Origin: Candidatus Micrarchaeota archaeon
GTDB taxonomy: Archaea > Micrarchaeota > Micrarchaeia > Norongarragalinales > SBBD01
Direction: 5' to 3'
Assembly: GCA_038046605.1 (NCBI GenBank)
Contig: JBBSVW010000045.1
Location: 1 to 25,953, forward strand
Length of the DNA: 25,953 nucleotides
Positions within the stretch are counted from its first letter, which is position 1; the number at the start of each line of letters is the position of its first letter. Below, piece by piece: positions 25,522-25,953 of this stretch. Both the position numbers and the translations under genes were made by a program. The notes beneath the pieces were generated by a model. That model saw only the letters and a list, made by a program, of their open reading frames with translations, searched no databases and was not told the DNA's origin.

Positions 25522-25953
25522 TTGAAACACAAGCTTCGAAAAACAATTAAAAAGAAAAGGGATGCACTTTCCCCCAAAGCTGCCCTCAAAAAAAGCGCCC
25601 TCATCTGCAAAAGGTTGGCAAATTCCCCAATTTTCAAGAAGGCCAAGACCATAATGTTTTATTTACCGATAAAAAACGAGGTCCATACCGAAAATGCCAT
25701 ATTTGAAGCGTATGCTCTTGGAAAAAACCTTTCAGCCCCTGTAGTTGAAAAGGGCAAGCTTGTGCCCAAAGCGCTCCTTCCTGGCCACTATAAGATCGGA
25801 GCTTTTGGCGTTCTTGAGCCCTTTGGCACAGCAACAATTCCCCCCTCTAAGATAGATTTAGTAGTTGTTCCGGGCATCGCCTTTGATTTGCACGGCGGAA
25901 GGGTGGGCTACGGAAAGGGTTATTATGATGTTTTCCTAAAGAAAGTTCCAGCG
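25522..25953 (+). CDS. 5-formyltetrahydrofolate cyclo-ligase (3' end runs off the window)
   Basis: Own translation: LKHKLRKTIKKKR...FYLPIKNEV...FGVLEP...DLVVVPGIAFDLHGGRVGYGKGYYD. Start is TTG 25522 or in-frame GTG 25513/25516. Confidence 0.93.
   Translation, partial: MKHKLRKTIKKKRDALSPKAALKKSALICKRLANSPIFKKAKTIMFYLPIKNEVHTENAIFEAYALGKNLSAPVVEKGKLVPKALLPGHYKIGAFGVLEPFGTATIPPSKIDLVVVPGIAFDLHGGRVGYGKGYYDVFLKKVPA

Overview
Archaeal chromosomal segment, most consistent with a DPANN lineage such as Micrarchaeota; this is inferred from the gene content and the many orphan and Cys-rich surface proteins. Core genes: a PIN-fold protein whose stop codon lies inside a tRNA-Ala(CGC) gene carrying a non-canonical D-loop intron, a Hef/FANCM-type helicase lacking its nuclease, a separate ERCC4/XPF nuclease, an HMf-type histone, KsgA/Dim1, PGK, isoaspartyl peptidase/asparaginase, GatD and GatE, an HD hydrolase, MCM with two inteins (one LAGLIDADG-containing, one mini-intein lacking the block-B His) and a partial 5-formyl-THF cyclo-ligase. 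The most unusual parts are: (i) a ~650-bp non-coding region after the tRNA with two interleaved motif classes (TCCTTAATT and TGTTGCA) in convergent orientation beside a very AT-rich tract, a candidate replication origin or protein-binding array; (ii) a protein resembling bacterial sigma70 regions 2 and 4 with an extra N-terminal HTH; (iii) a ~90-bp IS200/IS605-like double-hairpin remnant; (iv) basic orphan genes, including a kinase/SelO-like one, inserted between housekeeping genes; and (v) a tandem cluster of small membrane proteins. All family calls rest on motif recognition by eye; no database search was run.
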